A stretch of 64,000 bases of DNA from Chloroflexota bacterium (GTDB lineage: Bacteria > Chloroflexota > UBA11872 > VXOZ01), in the NCBI GenBank assembly GCA_963663275.1, contig OY760183.1, forward strand, positions 1,184,001 through 1,248,000, in the 5' to 3' direction. Of the stretch, positions 37,198 through 47,352 are shown piece after piece. The number at the start of each line of letters is the position of its first letter. The stretch's first letter is position 1. Below the pieces are notes generated by a model, which saw only the letters and a list, made by a program, of their open reading frames with translations, searched no databases and had not been told where the DNA came from. The position numbers were made by a program, and so were the translations under genes.

Positions 37198-38265
37198 CTA
37201 CTTCAGCGGGAAGCTCACCGGCGCGGGTGAAATCTTACCCGCTTTTTGGATGCCCACGGCGATTTCCAGAGCGTGGCGGGCTTCCTCGCCGGTGATGGCC
37301 GGCGGCCGGCCTTCGTGGATGGCCCGCACCATGTCTTCCACCTGCACCTGGTGGCCGTTCCAGCCTTTCACCGTCGGGTCGGCGGCGGCGGTCATGCGCG
37401 CCGAGTAGCCGGACTTCATCTCCTGTTCCTCCTCTTCTTCCCGGTCGCCCTGGATGCGCCAGGTAACGACGCCGGCGTTCGTCAGGCAGATGCTGCCCTT
37501 TTCGCCAAAGAAGTGGAAGTTGTGGTCCAGCCCCGGGTAGGCCGAGGTGGTGAATACCATGTTGCCGAACGAGCCGTTGGCAAAGCGCGCGTTCACCACG
37601 GCCAGGTCTTCGGTCTCGATGTCGTGGGTAAAGGTGCCGAGTTGGGCGGTGAGCGACTCCACCGGGCCCATGATCCACTGGAGCAGGTCGATGCTGTGGA
37701 TGCCCTGGTTCATGGACGCGCCGCCGCCGTCGAACTTATACGTGCCGCGCCAACTCACCGGGCCGCCGCCGGAAAAATACTCCGCCGTGCGCAGCCAGTA
37801 GAGTTGCACGTCGGCGTAGAAGACCCGGCCCAGGCGGCCCGCTTCGATCGTCTCCTTCACCTTGGCGTAGAGCGGATGCAGGCGCGATTGGAAGATTGCC
37901 GCCAGCTTGACGTTGTTTTCGCGGCAGGCCGCGATGAGGGCGTCGGCCTTCTCCAGCGTGACGTCCAGGGGTTTCTCGCAGATCACGTGCTTGCCGGCCT
38001 GCGCCGCCTGGATGCCCAACTCGGCGTGGGTGCCGGTGGGCGTGCAGACGTTCACCACCTGCACGGCGTCGTCGGCCAGCAACTCTTCCACGGAGCCGTA
38101 AGCCGTGACGTTGTGGTCACCCGCGAGGCCTACCGCGAACTGCGGCTCCATGTCGGCGATGCCGATCAATTCCGCCCCGGCCGCGTCCACTATTGCCTGC
38201 GTGTGGGAACGGGCAATGCCCCCGGCGCCGATGACGCCAAAACCGACCGTCTGTTGTGTTGCCAT
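37198..38265 (-). CDS. Gfo/Idh/MocA oxidoreductase
   Basis: GAGGIA, GKHVICEKPL, GGASMNQGIHSID; GGAGG RBS. Confidence 0.93.
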   Translation of the reverse strand: MATQQTVGFGVIGAGGIARSHTQAIVDAAGAELIGIADMEPQFAVGLAGDHNVTAYGSVEELLADDAVQVVNVCTPTGTHAELGIQAAQAGKHVICEKPLDVTLEKADALIAACRENNVKLAAIFQSRLHPLYAKVKETIEAGRLGRVFYADVQLYWLRTAEYFSGGGPVSWRGTYKFDGGGASMNQGIHSIDLLQWIMGPVESLTAQLGTFTHDIETEDLAVVNARFANGSFGNMVFTTSAYPGLDHNFHFFGEKGSICLTNAGVVTWRIQGDREEEEEQEMKSGYSARMTAAADPTVKGWNGHQVQVEDMVRAIHEGRPPAITGEEARHALEIAVGIQKAGKISPAPVSFPLK

Positions 38266-38535
38266 ATCGTCATTTCCTCCCTCTGCTCGTCGTCTGCCGT
38301 CTGTGCCAATGTGTTGGGTGAGGCGCGCCCCGCGCCGTTGTCCCAGGCGGGCACGGGCCGCGCGGCGCGAACGCCGCACATTGAGCATAGCATATTCCCG
38401 GTTACGCATCCCGACGGTCTTTACGCGCGGAATGGCAGAGGCGCGACTTCAGGGTGAAGCGGGTATGACGTCAGAGCGTTAGGAACACGAAATCAGGGTG
38501 GTAGGGGCACAACGTCAGGGTGGTGCGGGCGTGAA

Positions 38536-38583
38536 GACAATGGTGGTAGGGGCACGACATGTCGTGCCCCTACCACCATTGTC
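38536..38583. repeat. 48-bp perfect palindrome, family D core
   Basis: gacaatggtggtaggggcacgaca|tgtcgtgcccctaccaccattgtc. Confidence 0.92.
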
Positions 38584-38618
38584 GTGCGTGACCGGGAGCG
38601 CCAACCGCGCCGCGGGGC

Positions 38619-39920
38619 TTACGCCACCTCGGAATGCTGCCGGTCCAGTAGCAGCGTATCGTCGCGGTGCGGGCCGACGCCCACCATGCAGATGCTCTGG
38701 CCGCCGGTCAGTTCGCTGATGCGCTCCAAATACGCCTGGGCGTTGGGCGGCAGATCGCGCCACGCGCGCGCCTCCGTCGTGCGCTCTTGCCAGCCGGGGA
38801 GTTCTTCGTAGACCGGCCGGGCGCGGGCCATCAGGCGCGTATCCGGCACGGTCTCGTAGCGCGTGCCGTCCACGTCGTAAGCCACGCAGACCTTGAGCGC
38901 CGGCAGTTGGTCGAGCACGTCGATCTTGGTGACGGCAATCGAGGAAAAGCCGCAGAGTTCGGCGGCGTAGCGCACGGCCACGGCGTCGAACCAACCGCAG
39001 CGGCGGGGACGGCCGGTCGTTGCGCCATACTCTTCGCCCACCTCGCGCAGGGTCTCCCCCATCGCGCCCTCGAGTTCGGTGGGCACCGGGCCTTCGCCCA
39101 CGGCGGTGGTGTAGGCCTTGACCACGCCGATGATGTTGCCGATGCGGTGCGGCGGCACACCGGCGCCGGTGGCGCTGCCGCCGGCAATCGGGGACGACGA
39201 CGTGACGTAGGGATAGATACCCCAATCGACGTCGCGCAGCGCGCCAAGCTGGCCTTCCAGCAGGACCGTCCGGTCTTCCCGCAGCGCCTGCTGCACCAGC
39301 GGATGCGTATTCGTGACGTACGGGGCAAGTTGCGCGCCCCAGTCCAGCGCCTGCTCCAGCAGAGCGTCATACGAAAGCGGATCGTGGTCGTAGACCCGCG
39401 TGAGCAGGCGGTTCTTCACGTCCAGGACCTGGCGCAAGTAGCCGCGCAGGTGCGCCGGGTCGGTCAGGTCGCCCATGCGCAGGCCGACCCGCGCCGCCTT
39501 GTCGGTGTAGCAGGGGCCGATGCCGCGCTTGGTGGTTCCTTGGGCGTTCTTGCCGCGCGCTTCCTCTTCCAGGCCGTCCAGCAGCACGTGATAGGGCATC
39601 ACCACCTGCGCGCGCTCCGAGACGCGCACGCGGCCCGGGGGCGTCTCCACGCCGGCGTCGTTCAGCAGTTTCATCTCGCTGAGGAGCGATTGCGGGTTGA
39701 TCGCCATGCCCGCGCCGAGCAGGTTGCGCACGTGGGGGTAGAAGATGCCGCAGGGGAGGAGATGCAGCGCGAATTTGCCATGGCTGTTCACGACCGTATG
39801 ACCCGCATTGTCTCCACCCTGATAGCGGATCACCATGTGGGCCTGCGACGCCATGACGTCTACCACGCGCCCCTTGCCCTCATCACCCCACTGGGCGCCA
39901 ACCACGGCTGTAACTGGCAT
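38619..39920 (-). CDS. purA: Adenylosuccinate synthetase
   Basis: QWGDEGKG, NAGHT, GTTKRGIGP, PYVTSS, GATTGRPRRCGW. Confidence 0.98.
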   Translation of the reverse strand: MPVTAVVGAQWGDEGKGRVVDVMASQAHMVIRYQGGDNAGHTVVNSHGKFALHLLPCGIFYPHVRNLLGAGMAINPQSLLSEMKLLNDAGVETPPGRVRVSERAQVVMPYHVLLDGLEEEARGKNAQGTTKRGIGPCYTDKAARVGLRMGDLTDPAHLRGYLRQVLDVKNRLLTRVYDHDPLSYDALLEQALDWGAQLAPYVTNTHPLVQQALREDRTVLLEGQLGALRDVDWGIYPYVTSSSPIAGGSATGAGVPPHRIGNIIGVVKAYTTAVGEGPVPTELEGAMGETLREVGEEYGATTGRPRRCGWFDAVAVRYAAELCGFSSIAVTKIDVLDQLPALKVCVAYDVDGTRYETVPDTRLMARARPVYEELPGWQERTTEARAWRDLPPNAQAYLERISELTGGQSICMVGVGPHRDDTLLLDRQHSEVA

Positions 39921-40104
39921 GGATGCCTCCCTCAACGCAAGCCAAACCAAGACCTCGGTTTGGCAAAAGGACCGGATGCGGGCGTCACCGGCGTGACGCG
40001 CCATTCCTCATACTACCCTATGCCCGCGCGGGAAACAAACGCGGATGATTGCGGGAAGATGCGGGGGTCTGATTGGCCCCCTTTTTGTTTGCCCGGCGGC
40101 CTTG

Positions 40105-40716
40105 CTACGCGGCTTCCGTCTCATCGCGCGCCGCGCCTGCCGGGGCAAGCATCGTCAACACCGCAATCAGCAGGAACGCGGCCAGCGCCATGACGGGGAT
40201 GGAGACGAAGCCGAACTCCCGCACCCACATCACGTTGCAGGGCGCGTCCACGCCGCAACTCGTCGCCCGGTCTAACCCGGGTACTCGTTGCACCAGCGTG
40301 TGGTAGCCGGCAACCAGCGCGCCGGCGCCCGCCAGCGGCAGCGCGTACCAGCGGACGGCGCCGTCGTTTCGCAGCGCGCCGGCGCCAAGCACGAGTACCA
40401 GCGGGTACATGGCAATCCGCTGCCACCAGCAGAGCACGCAGGGCGGATAGTGGAGTATTTCGGAGAGGTAGAGGCTGCCGCCGGCGGCGACCAGTGACGC
40501 AATCCACGCCAGCCGCAGCGCGGATTCCCGCCCGTAGGCCAGGGCGGACGCGCGCCAGCGCGCCGTTGCGCTCATGCCTGCGGCGTCGTGGGCAGGAAGC
40601 GCGCGCTCCCATGCGGCCAGGATTGCGATAAGCGCCGCGGCCGCGATCGCGATCAGGGTGAGGACGGCCAGGGCCTGGGGTATGGTCCACACGGGATAGG
40701 GCGCTCCTTCATCCAA
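40105..40716 (-). CDS. dsbB: Disulfide bond formation protein B (BdbC/DsbB)
   Basis: SLYLSE, PCVLCWWQR..MYP, second Cys pair, FGFVSIP; start uncertain. Confidence 0.88.
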   Translation of the reverse strand: MDEGAPYPVWTIPQALAVLTLIAIAAAALIAILAAWERALPAHDAAGMSATARWRASALAYGRESALRLAWIASLVAAGGSLYLSEILHYPPCVLCWWQRIAMYPLVLVLGAGALRNDGAVRWYALPLAGAGALVAGYHTLVQRVPGLDRATSCGVDAPCNVMWVREFGFVSIPVMALAAFLLIAVLTMLAPAGAARDETEAA

Positions 40717-40804
40717 TTGACATCCGCCAACCCGACGCCAAGGCGGTTGCGCGCCGCGATGGGCCGCACACAGCCCGGCGGGATTCCGGTACGGACGGGC
40801 TCGC

Positions 40805-42034
40805 TCAAGACGCCGCCATCGTCCGTTTCTCGACTGCTCGCACGTCAAAGCGGCCCACGGGCGGCAGCGGCTCGCCGATGAGCGGCGCGGCGTAGGCGCG
40901 GAACTCGGCGGACGGCATGTTGCCTTCCTTGTTGATGTACGCGCGGGGCAGGTAGTTTTCGGCGTTCGCCACCGCCGCCAGCGGCGCGGTGCCGGTAGTG
41001 CACTCGTAGGGGTCGTTGCCGACGCGCTCCAGCGTAATCATCACGCCGCCGGCGCCGCCAACCGCCTCGCGCACCGCCGCCCGGCCCACCATGTAGGCCT
41101 CCTCCCGGTCCACATGCGAGGCGGCGAGCATCGACGACCGCTGCAGGGTGCCGGGCCGGTTGGCCCGCGCCTTGATGCCCAGCCGCTCGCGTATCTGCCG
41201 GGCCAGGTAGTTGGCGCTGCCGGCCACGATGATGTGGCCAAAGGAATCCGAGTTCACGGTCGCTTCCGATAGCCCGACGATGTCGCCTTCCGCCGTCTTG
41301 AGCATCTCCGCTACCGCCACCGTGGCAAAGCCGTTCTTCACGAAGCAGCGCGAAACGTCATCCAGGAACTTCTCTTCGCTAAAGGGAATTTCCGGCACGT
41401 ACACCAGGTGAGGCGGATCGGTCTCGTCCACTTTGCCCAGGCAACTGGCGGCGGTCAGCCAGCCGGCGTGGCGTCCCATGCTCTCGTAGAGCGCGACTCG
41501 ATCATAGCCGGCCATGGCTTCCACGTCCCGTCCCATGTCGCGCACCGACATGGCGCAGTAGCGGGCGGCGCTGCCGTAGCCGGGACAGTGGTCGGTGTAC
41601 ATGAGGTCGTTGTCAATCGTCTTGGGCACGCCGATCACGCGCAGTTCATAGCCCTCGTGCTCGGCCAGGTCGGCAATGCGCTGGCTGGTATCCATCGAGT
41701 CGTTGCCGCCGTTGTAGAGGAAGTAGCGGATATTGTGGGCGCGAAAGACTTCCAGGATGCGGGTGTAGTCGTCCGGCCGCAGTTTGCGGCGGCAGGAGCC
41801 CAGAGCCGCGGCCGGCGTCTGCCGGATGCGCTCCAGTTCGGCCGCGCTCACGCCGCCCAGATCCATCAGGTCTTCTTTCAGCAAGCCTTCTACGCCGTGC
41901 CGCAAGCCATAGATATTCTCGATGGCGTCCTGCGCGCCCGCCTCGTGCAAGATGCCCACGAGCGATGCGTTGATAACGGCGGTGGGCCCGCCCGATTGGC
42001 CTACTGCCAGATTGCCGCGTAGAGTGTCAGGCAT
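40805..42034 (-). CDS. pfkA: 6-phosphofructokinase (PPi-dependent type)
   Basis: QSGGPTAVINAS, GGNDSMDT, PKTIDND, MGRHAGW. Confidence 0.93.
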   Translation of the reverse strand: MPDTLRGNLAVGQSGGPTAVINASLVGILHEAGAQDAIENIYGLRHGVEGLLKEDLMDLGGVSAAELERIRQTPAAALGSCRRKLRPDDYTRILEVFRAHNIRYFLYNGGNDSMDTSQRIADLAEHEGYELRVIGVPKTIDNDLMYTDHCPGYGSAARYCAMSVRDMGRDVEAMAGYDRVALYESMGRHAGWLTAASCLGKVDETDPPHLVYVPEIPFSEEKFLDDVSRCFVKNGFATVAVAEMLKTAEGDIVGLSEATVNSDSFGHIIVAGSANYLARQIRERLGIKARANRPGTLQRSSMLAASHVDREEAYMVGRAAVREAVGGAGGVMITLERVGNDPYECTTGTAPLAAVANAENYLPRAYINKEGNMPSAEFRAYAAPLIGEPLPPVGRFDVRAVEKRTMAAS

Positions 42035-42056
42035 GGAAGGCATCCCTCCTCTTGGA

Positions 42057-43097
42057 TTAGGCACGCGCGTACTGTGTCAGGAAGTCGATGTTTTGATCGC
42101 GGTATTCAGGCAATTGTGCTAAGGCGTCTTCGGCGCTACGGCCGTGGTGGATGATCTCACTGATGACGTTGCCCACGGCCAGGGGATCGTCCTGGCCCGG
42201 ATAGAGCACGTTGCGTCCCACCATCGCGCCGCGCACGTTCGGCCCGCCTTGCAAGCCGCGGGCGAATTCGCGTATCGTCGGCTCGGGATCGTTGTGCGAC
42301 GCGCCGCCCAGCATCAGCAGCGGCATCGTCGTCGCCCGCACCACCCGCTCGTAGTCCTCGCACACGGGAATCTTCAGCCAGGTGCGCGCGGTGTTGCCGC
42401 CCACGCCCGCCAATACGCCGATCTGCTTCAGCAACGCTATCGGGTCTTTAACCGGCTGGTAGCCGTTCTCGGTGCGCTCGACCGGCAGCGGCTCCAGAAA
42501 GCTCGGCAAGCCCATGTCGCTCAGTTGGCTCACCGCCTCGGCGATGTACATGAGCGTTCTGCCGGAACCCGGCTCAGCGGGATCGAGACGCCACAGCACC
42601 TTGGCGCCGTCCAGGCGCGCCTTGGCGATGCCGTCGGCGGAATAGGCGCTCATGTCGTCGTCCATCTCGAAGGCCGTGCCGGCCAGGCCGGAGCGGTTCA
42701 TGGAACCCAGCAGTACCGTGTTGTCCAGAAAACCCGGCCCGCCGCCCTGCTTCACCAGGTGGTTGACGATGAAGACGTCGTCCAGCACGTCGGGCGTGGC
42801 CATGAGCCCGTCGATGAGGCCGCCCACCAGCGCCCGCAGCACGCGGCCCAGGTAAGCGTGCCGGTTCGTCATGCCCAGCGGATCGGTGGGCGTGGCGGTG
42901 GACATGCGGGCGGGATGGTCCGCCGCCAGGATGACGAGTTTGCCGTCCGGCGCCAGGCGCATGCGCCGCTTGCGCGCGCGCTGCTCCTGCTCCACAATCT
43001 CCGGCCGGTCCACCCGCGCGTCGGTGATGCGCCAGAAGACGTCTTCCGGGAAGAACCGGTCTAAATCGAAGGCGTATGCGCCGGACGCTTCTGCCAT
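42057..43097 (-). CDS. Class I aldolase-like TIM barrel (Cgl0159-like)
   Basis: ILAADHPAR, GSMNRSGL, WLKIP, LMLGG, GAMVGRNVLYP; GGAGG RBS. Confidence 0.78.
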   Translation of the reverse strand: MAEASGAYAFDLDRFFPEDVFWRITDARVDRPEIVEQEQRARKRRMRLAPDGKLVILAADHPARMSTATPTDPLGMTNRHAYLGRVLRALVGGLIDGLMATPDVLDDVFIVNHLVKQGGGPGFLDNTVLLGSMNRSGLAGTAFEMDDDMSAYSADGIAKARLDGAKVLWRLDPAEPGSGRTLMYIAEAVSQLSDMGLPSFLEPLPVERTENGYQPVKDPIALLKQIGVLAGVGGNTARTWLKIPVCEDYERVVRATTMPLLMLGGASHNDPEPTIREFARGLQGGPNVRGAMVGRNVLYPGQDDPLAVGNVISEIIHHGRSAEDALAQLPEYRDQNIDFLTQYARA

Positions 43098-43230
43098 GTC
43101 TTTCCTCCGGGCACGGACTCTAAAGGCCACAAACGGGTCTGCCAACACCCTATTATAGCCGACGCGGGCGCGCTCGACTTGCGGGCTAATCCCCCGCGCG
43201 CCTGGTAGTCCAACACGATTGTATTGTTGG

Positions 43231-43323
43231 GCAGCGTAGGTTTGTAACCTGCGCCAGCTTGCCGCAGCGTGGAGCGACGGCGCCAAACCGAGGGGCTGGG
43301 CACAGGTTACAAACCTGTGCTAC
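43231..43323. repeat. Inverted pair of family B REP-like repeats
   Basis: gcagcgtaggtttgtaacctgcg...gcacaggttacaaacctgtgctac. Confidence 0.85.
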
Positions 43324-43427
43324 CGGCGCTCCTACCCATCAATGCAAAAAATGTCGAACCACTAGGTTACAATAAGTGAAAACAGGCACGTAACGCAAGA
43401 AGTCGCGCAAACAGTGGAGGAAGCCGC

Positions 43428-43847
43428 GTGTCGGGTAACGCCGCACCTCAGCCCCACGTTCCCGCCGAGACGAAAGGGCGGCACAAGACCATCGCCGTGG
43501 CCGCCCCGGCCTGGCACCTCCGCGCGCTGGTCCGCGCCGCCGTGGAGAACAAGCGCACCCGCGTGGTGGAGGCGTCATCTCTGGAGTCACTGCGCGCGAT
43601 CGCTGGCGATGAACGGCTCGATCTTGTGATTCTCGATGCCGAACTTGCCCGCCACGGCGCGACTGCGCCCTCTGCCCAACGCACGCGCGGCCCGGCGCTG
43701 GCCGGCGCGCCGCTCCTCTTACTCACGGATCCCAGCGCCCCCGCCGCCGCGCCGCACGTGAGCGCACTACAGCCGGACCGCACGCTCCACAAGCACTTCA
43801 GCCCCTTCGAACTCCTGAACGCAGTCTACGCCCTTACCGGGTATTGA
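43428..43847 (+). CDS. Atypical receiver-domain protein
   Basis: DLVILD, PLLLLT, KHFSPFEL; lacks the N-terminal acidic pair; GGAGG RBS. Confidence 0.65.
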   Translation: MSGNAAPQPHVPAETKGRHKTIAVAAPAWHLRALVRAAVENKRTRVVEASSLESLRAIAGDERLDLVILDAELARHGATAPSAQRTRGPALAGAPLLLLTDPSAPAAAPHVSALQPDRTLHKHFSPFELLNAVYALTGY

Positions 43848-43916
43848 GCCGCGATACACGACCTTTCGCTCGGCATGGGTGGAAGCTGACGGTAGGGTTG
43901 GCGGCAGAGACATTTC

Positions 43917-43944
43917 TTGACAAGCCCAGCATTCCGGTTAAGCT
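43917..43944 (+). promoter_or_regulatory. Possible sigma70 promoter of the RCC1-repeat gene
   Basis: TTGACA-16 nt-TAAGCT. Confidence 0.45.
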
Positions 43945-43974
43945 AGATACCAGTAAAGCAGCGGTAGAGAGAGC

Positions 43975-45828
43975 ATGCGGAGTTTCTGGCAGCGCAGAGG
44001 AAAGGCGGTTGCGATGGCGCATCTTTGCCGCGCGTGGGCAGCCGCGCGCGGGCGCGCGCGCCAATGGGCGGGGACTGGCGCATTCTGCTTGATTGCGGCG
44101 GCGATGCTGTTGGCATGTGCGGCAGGGCAGCAGGGCACGCCTGCGACTGAACTGCCCGTAGATACCCCTGCGTCCAAGACTGGAACTACTGCCACAGATT
44201 CAACGCCTGCACCAACCCCGCCAGGCACACCCACGCCAACCGCCACTCCCGCGGTTCGCTTCACGGCGATCAGCAGCGGCATTGTCCATACGTGCGCGTT
44301 GCGCGAGGACGGCACGCCGATCTGCTGGGGGAGCAATGAAAGAGGCCAAGCTTCGCCGCCGGCGGACGAGCGTTTCACTGCCATTAGCAGTGGCAGCCGC
44401 TACTCCTGCGCATTGCGCGAGGATGGAACGCCCGTTTGCTGGGGTTGGAATGAATACGGCCAAGCGTCTCCTCCGCTTGGAGAACGTCTCAAAGCAGTCA
44501 GCAGCGGCCACACGTATACGTGCGGCTTGCGCCTGGACGGAACTGCGCTCTGTTGGGGCGAGACGGAGCTCAGCGGGGCGTCACCGCCTGCAGGCGAGCG
44601 CTTCGACGCCATTAGCAATAGCGGTCGGCATACGTGCGCGCTTCGTGTTGACGGCACGCCAGTCTGCTGGGGTGACGCAGGACATGGCGGAGGGGAGCCG
44701 CCGGCGGGAGCGCAACTCACGTCCATAAGCACCGGATTGAACTTTTCTTGCGGGCTGCGCGCAGACGGGACCCCCGTATGTTGGGGCAGCGACTTCGAAG
44801 GAGAAAGCTCACCGCCGGATGGCGAGCGGTTCACCGCTATCAGTAGCAGTACCAAGTACAGTTGCGCGTTGCGCGAGGACGGCGCTGCCGTTTGCTGGGG
44901 CGGAGGCAACCTCGGTCAAACCTCACCGCCTGCCGGCGAGCGCTTCACCGCCATTAGCACCGCGTTCGGCCACGCCTGCGGCATCCGCCAAGACGGCACG
45001 ATCGCTTGCTGGGGTTTGGACGTGTCGCCGCCGGCAGGCGAACGCTTTACGAGCATTAGCAGCGGCGATGAATACACCTGTGCGCTGCGCGAGGATGGCA
45101 CTCCTGTCTGTTGGGGTAAAGAGGGTCCCCGCCCTATAACCCCGCCGGCAGGTGAACGCCTCGTTGCCATCAGCAGTGGCTTCATCCAGACATGCGGGCT
45201 CCGCGCCGACGGGACACTCATCTGCTGGCCCGGCTTTGAGGAGCTTGGCATATTTCTCAAGGACCAGCGGTTCACTGCGGTAAGTGCCTCAGGTGCTACC
45301 ATCTGTGCGCTCCGCACGGACGGAACGCCACTGTGTTGGGGGGTCAATCCGGGACTGTCGCCGCAAGACGTGCGTTTTACCGAGATCAGCGCCGGCTATT
45401 TCTTCAGTTGTGGTTTCCGCGCTAACGGCAGTCTGCTCTGTTGGGGGTACAGCGGTGAAACGCATTCGCCCGTGGAAGATGAAAGCCTCGCTACGGTCAG
45501 CGTCGGTTTCGGCCACGGCTGCGCGCTGCGCCAAGACGGTTCGCCTGTGTGCTGGGGCGAAGACCAGTTCGGTGAAACACTGCCTGCGGCAACACCGCCG
45601 GAAGGTGAGTATTTCACCGCCATTAGCGCCGGCGCGTTTGCTACCTGCGCTCTGCGCGCCGACGGCAGCCCGGTCTGTTGGGGAGAACGAACACCATCAG
45701 TGCCGCAAGACGAACGCTTCACGTCTATAAGCGTGGGCGCTCATCATACCTGCGGCCTCCGCGCCGACGGCGTCGCCGTCTGCTGGAGCAGTCTCGATTA
45801 CGGCCAGGCGTCTCCTCCTGCCGAATAG
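43975..45828 (+). CDS. RCC1-like repeat lipoprotein
   Basis: LLAC lipobox, Pro/Thr linker, about 14 repeats of F.AISSG..HTCALR.DG..VCWG...PP.GER; start may be 44014. Confidence 0.9.
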   Translation: MRSFWQRRGKAVAMAHLCRAWAAARGRARQWAGTGAFCLIAAAMLLACAAGQQGTPATELPVDTPASKTGTTATDSTPAPTPPGTPTPTATPAVRFTAISSGIVHTCALREDGTPICWGSNERGQASPPADERFTAISSGSRYSCALREDGTPVCWGWNEYGQASPPLGERLKAVSSGHTYTCGLRLDGTALCWGETELSGASPPAGERFDAISNSGRHTCALRVDGTPVCWGDAGHGGGEPPAGAQLTSISTGLNFSCGLRADGTPVCWGSDFEGESSPPDGERFTAISSSTKYSCALREDGAAVCWGGGNLGQTSPPAGERFTAISTAFGHACGIRQDGTIACWGLDVSPPAGERFTSISSGDEYTCALREDGTPVCWGKEGPRPITPPAGERLVAISSGFIQTCGLRADGTLICWPGFEELGIFLKDQRFTAVSASGATICALRTDGTPLCWGVNPGLSPQDVRFTEISAGYFFSCGFRANGSLLCWGYSGETHSPVEDESLATVSVGFGHGCALRQDGSPVCWGEDQFGETLPAATPPEGEYFTAISAGAFATCALRADGSPVCWGERTPSVPQDERFTSISVGAHHTCGLRADGVAVCWSSLDYGQASPPAE

Positions 45829-45900
45829 CCGTTGTCTTTTCACTGCGGCAAAACCGCGCGGAAGCGGGGAATTGGCAAGGGCTTCCCAATCCACCGCATG

Positions 45901-46067
45901 GCCCTGACTGGGGTATGTAAGTGTCATTCCGAGCGCAGCGAGGAATCTAAAGATGCTGACTTTGCAGGGCTGCGCTTTAGATTCCGCGAACAGGGTTCGA
46001 CACTCCGCTGCGCTCCGTTCAGAATGACACGTGAAGTCGACTATAGAATACATACCTCTGTCAGCCC
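45901..46067. mobile_element. MITE family E, diverged copy
   Basis: gccctgactggggta...tacctctgtcagccc; internal gtcattccgagcgcagcgaggaatct; flanks gcatg/gcagg. Confidence 0.75.
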
Positions 46068-46188
46068 GCAGGTCCCCAGCGTGGCTGCCACGCACTTGGG
46101 GTGTTCATTCCCGCATTGCGGGCGGCGTGCGGGTATGCCATGCTAGGCGCTAGAGAGTGCGTCCGCGGCTCCCGCGGGCAGGGATGAC

Positions 46189-47112
46189 GTGAGCGCCGAC
46201 GCCCAAGAGATTGCGAGGTGCGAGCCTATGCGGAGTTTTCGTGTCACGGCGGTTTCGTTGCGCAGCCGGCCGGCGTCGCCGGAGGCAAATCTCGGCCATC
46301 ACGCGGCGTGGGTCGCGCGGGCCGCGGCGGACGAGCCGGACCTGATCTGCTTTCCCGAACTCGGCCTGACCGGCTACAGCATCACGCCGGCCATTTGGGA
46401 GGCGTCCGAGCCGGTGCCGGGGCCTTCCACCCAGGCGCTGGCGGACCTGGCGCGGGAGCACAACGTCATGCTGGCGGCGGGCATTGCCGAAAACGACCGC
46501 GACATCGTGTATAACACCTATGTCATCGTTGGGCCCGAGGGGTATATTGGCAAGTCGCGCAAGATCCACATTCCGCCGGCGGAGGTGGGCTACTGGCGCG
46601 GCGGCGGCATTCCGCCGGTGATCGACATTGGCGCGGCCAAGGTCGGAGTGAACATCTGCTTCGACAACTGGCTGCCGGAGTCGGGCCGCATGGTGGCGCT
46701 GCAAGGGGCGGAGGTCATTCTGGCGCCGTACGTGTGGTCGGTGGGCGATTGGGGCGAGCCGCCGGACCACGCCAGCCGCAACCGGGCCTGGAAAGATTAC
46801 GCCGGCCGCACTTTTCCGGCCCGCGCCATCGACAACGGCGTCTTTCTGGTTGCCGTCAACGCCTGTGGGCCGCCCCCCACCGGCGCCAGCACGCATTTCA
46901 GCAATCCCATGGTCGTGGTCTATAATCCCCTGGGGCAACTGGTGGCGGCCTCGCCGGACGACGCCGGCGACGAGGTGATGGTGACCGCCGACCTGGATAA
47001 ACAGCTTCTGGCCGAGCGGCGCTCGCAGGGCGTCTTCCACCCGCGCTTCCGACGGCCGGAGCTCTACGGCCTGCTGGCGGAAGGCGATATTGGCCCGCAA
47101 GAGCCGCGCTAG
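46189..47112 (+). CDS. Carbon-nitrogen hydrolase (nitrilase family)
   Basis: FPELGLTGY, RKIHIP, ICFD (E-K-C triad), RRPELY. Confidence 0.93.
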   Translation: MSADAQEIARCEPMRSFRVTAVSLRSRPASPEANLGHHAAWVARAAADEPDLICFPELGLTGYSITPAIWEASEPVPGPSTQALADLAREHNVMLAAGIAENDRDIVYNTYVIVGPEGYIGKSRKIHIPPAEVGYWRGGGIPPVIDIGAAKVGVNICFDNWLPESGRMVALQGAEVILAPYVWSVGDWGEPPDHASRNRAWKDYAGRTFPARAIDNGVFLVAVNACGPPPTGASTHFSNPMVVVYNPLGQLVAASPDDAGDEVMVTADLDKQLLAERRSQGVFHPRFRRPELYGLLAEGDIGPQEPR

Positions 47113-47146
47113 CGGGGGTTAATTCCGCCCGAGGCGCAAGAGGTTC

Positions 47147-47326
47147 AGGGGCGCGACACAGATTTCGCGGCAACGATGGCGGCGCAGACGGCGTTGGGGC
47201 ACGACACGGGTTTCGGGGCAACGAACGCGGCGCAGACGTCGTTGGGGCACGGGTTTCGGGGTAATGAACGCGGCAACAAAGGTGTAGGGGCACGACATGT
47301 CGTGCCCCTACACCTTTGTTGCCGCG
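47147..47326. repeat. Degenerate ~48-bp tandem units ending in a 58-bp perfect family D palindrome (47269-47326) between convergent genes
   Basis: cgcggcaacaaaggtgtaggggcacgaca|tgtcgtgcccctacacctttgttgccgcg. Confidence 0.88.
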
Positions 47327-47352
47327 AAAACAACCGGAAACGACGTCCGGGG

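Noticed and set aside
44270-45828. Diversity-generating retroelement target in the RCC1 repeats
   Set aside because: No reverse transcriptase and no adenine-specific template/variable repeat pair.
47147-47326. Possible CRISPR or mini-array
   Set aside because: Units are degenerate whole-unit duplications without unique spacers.
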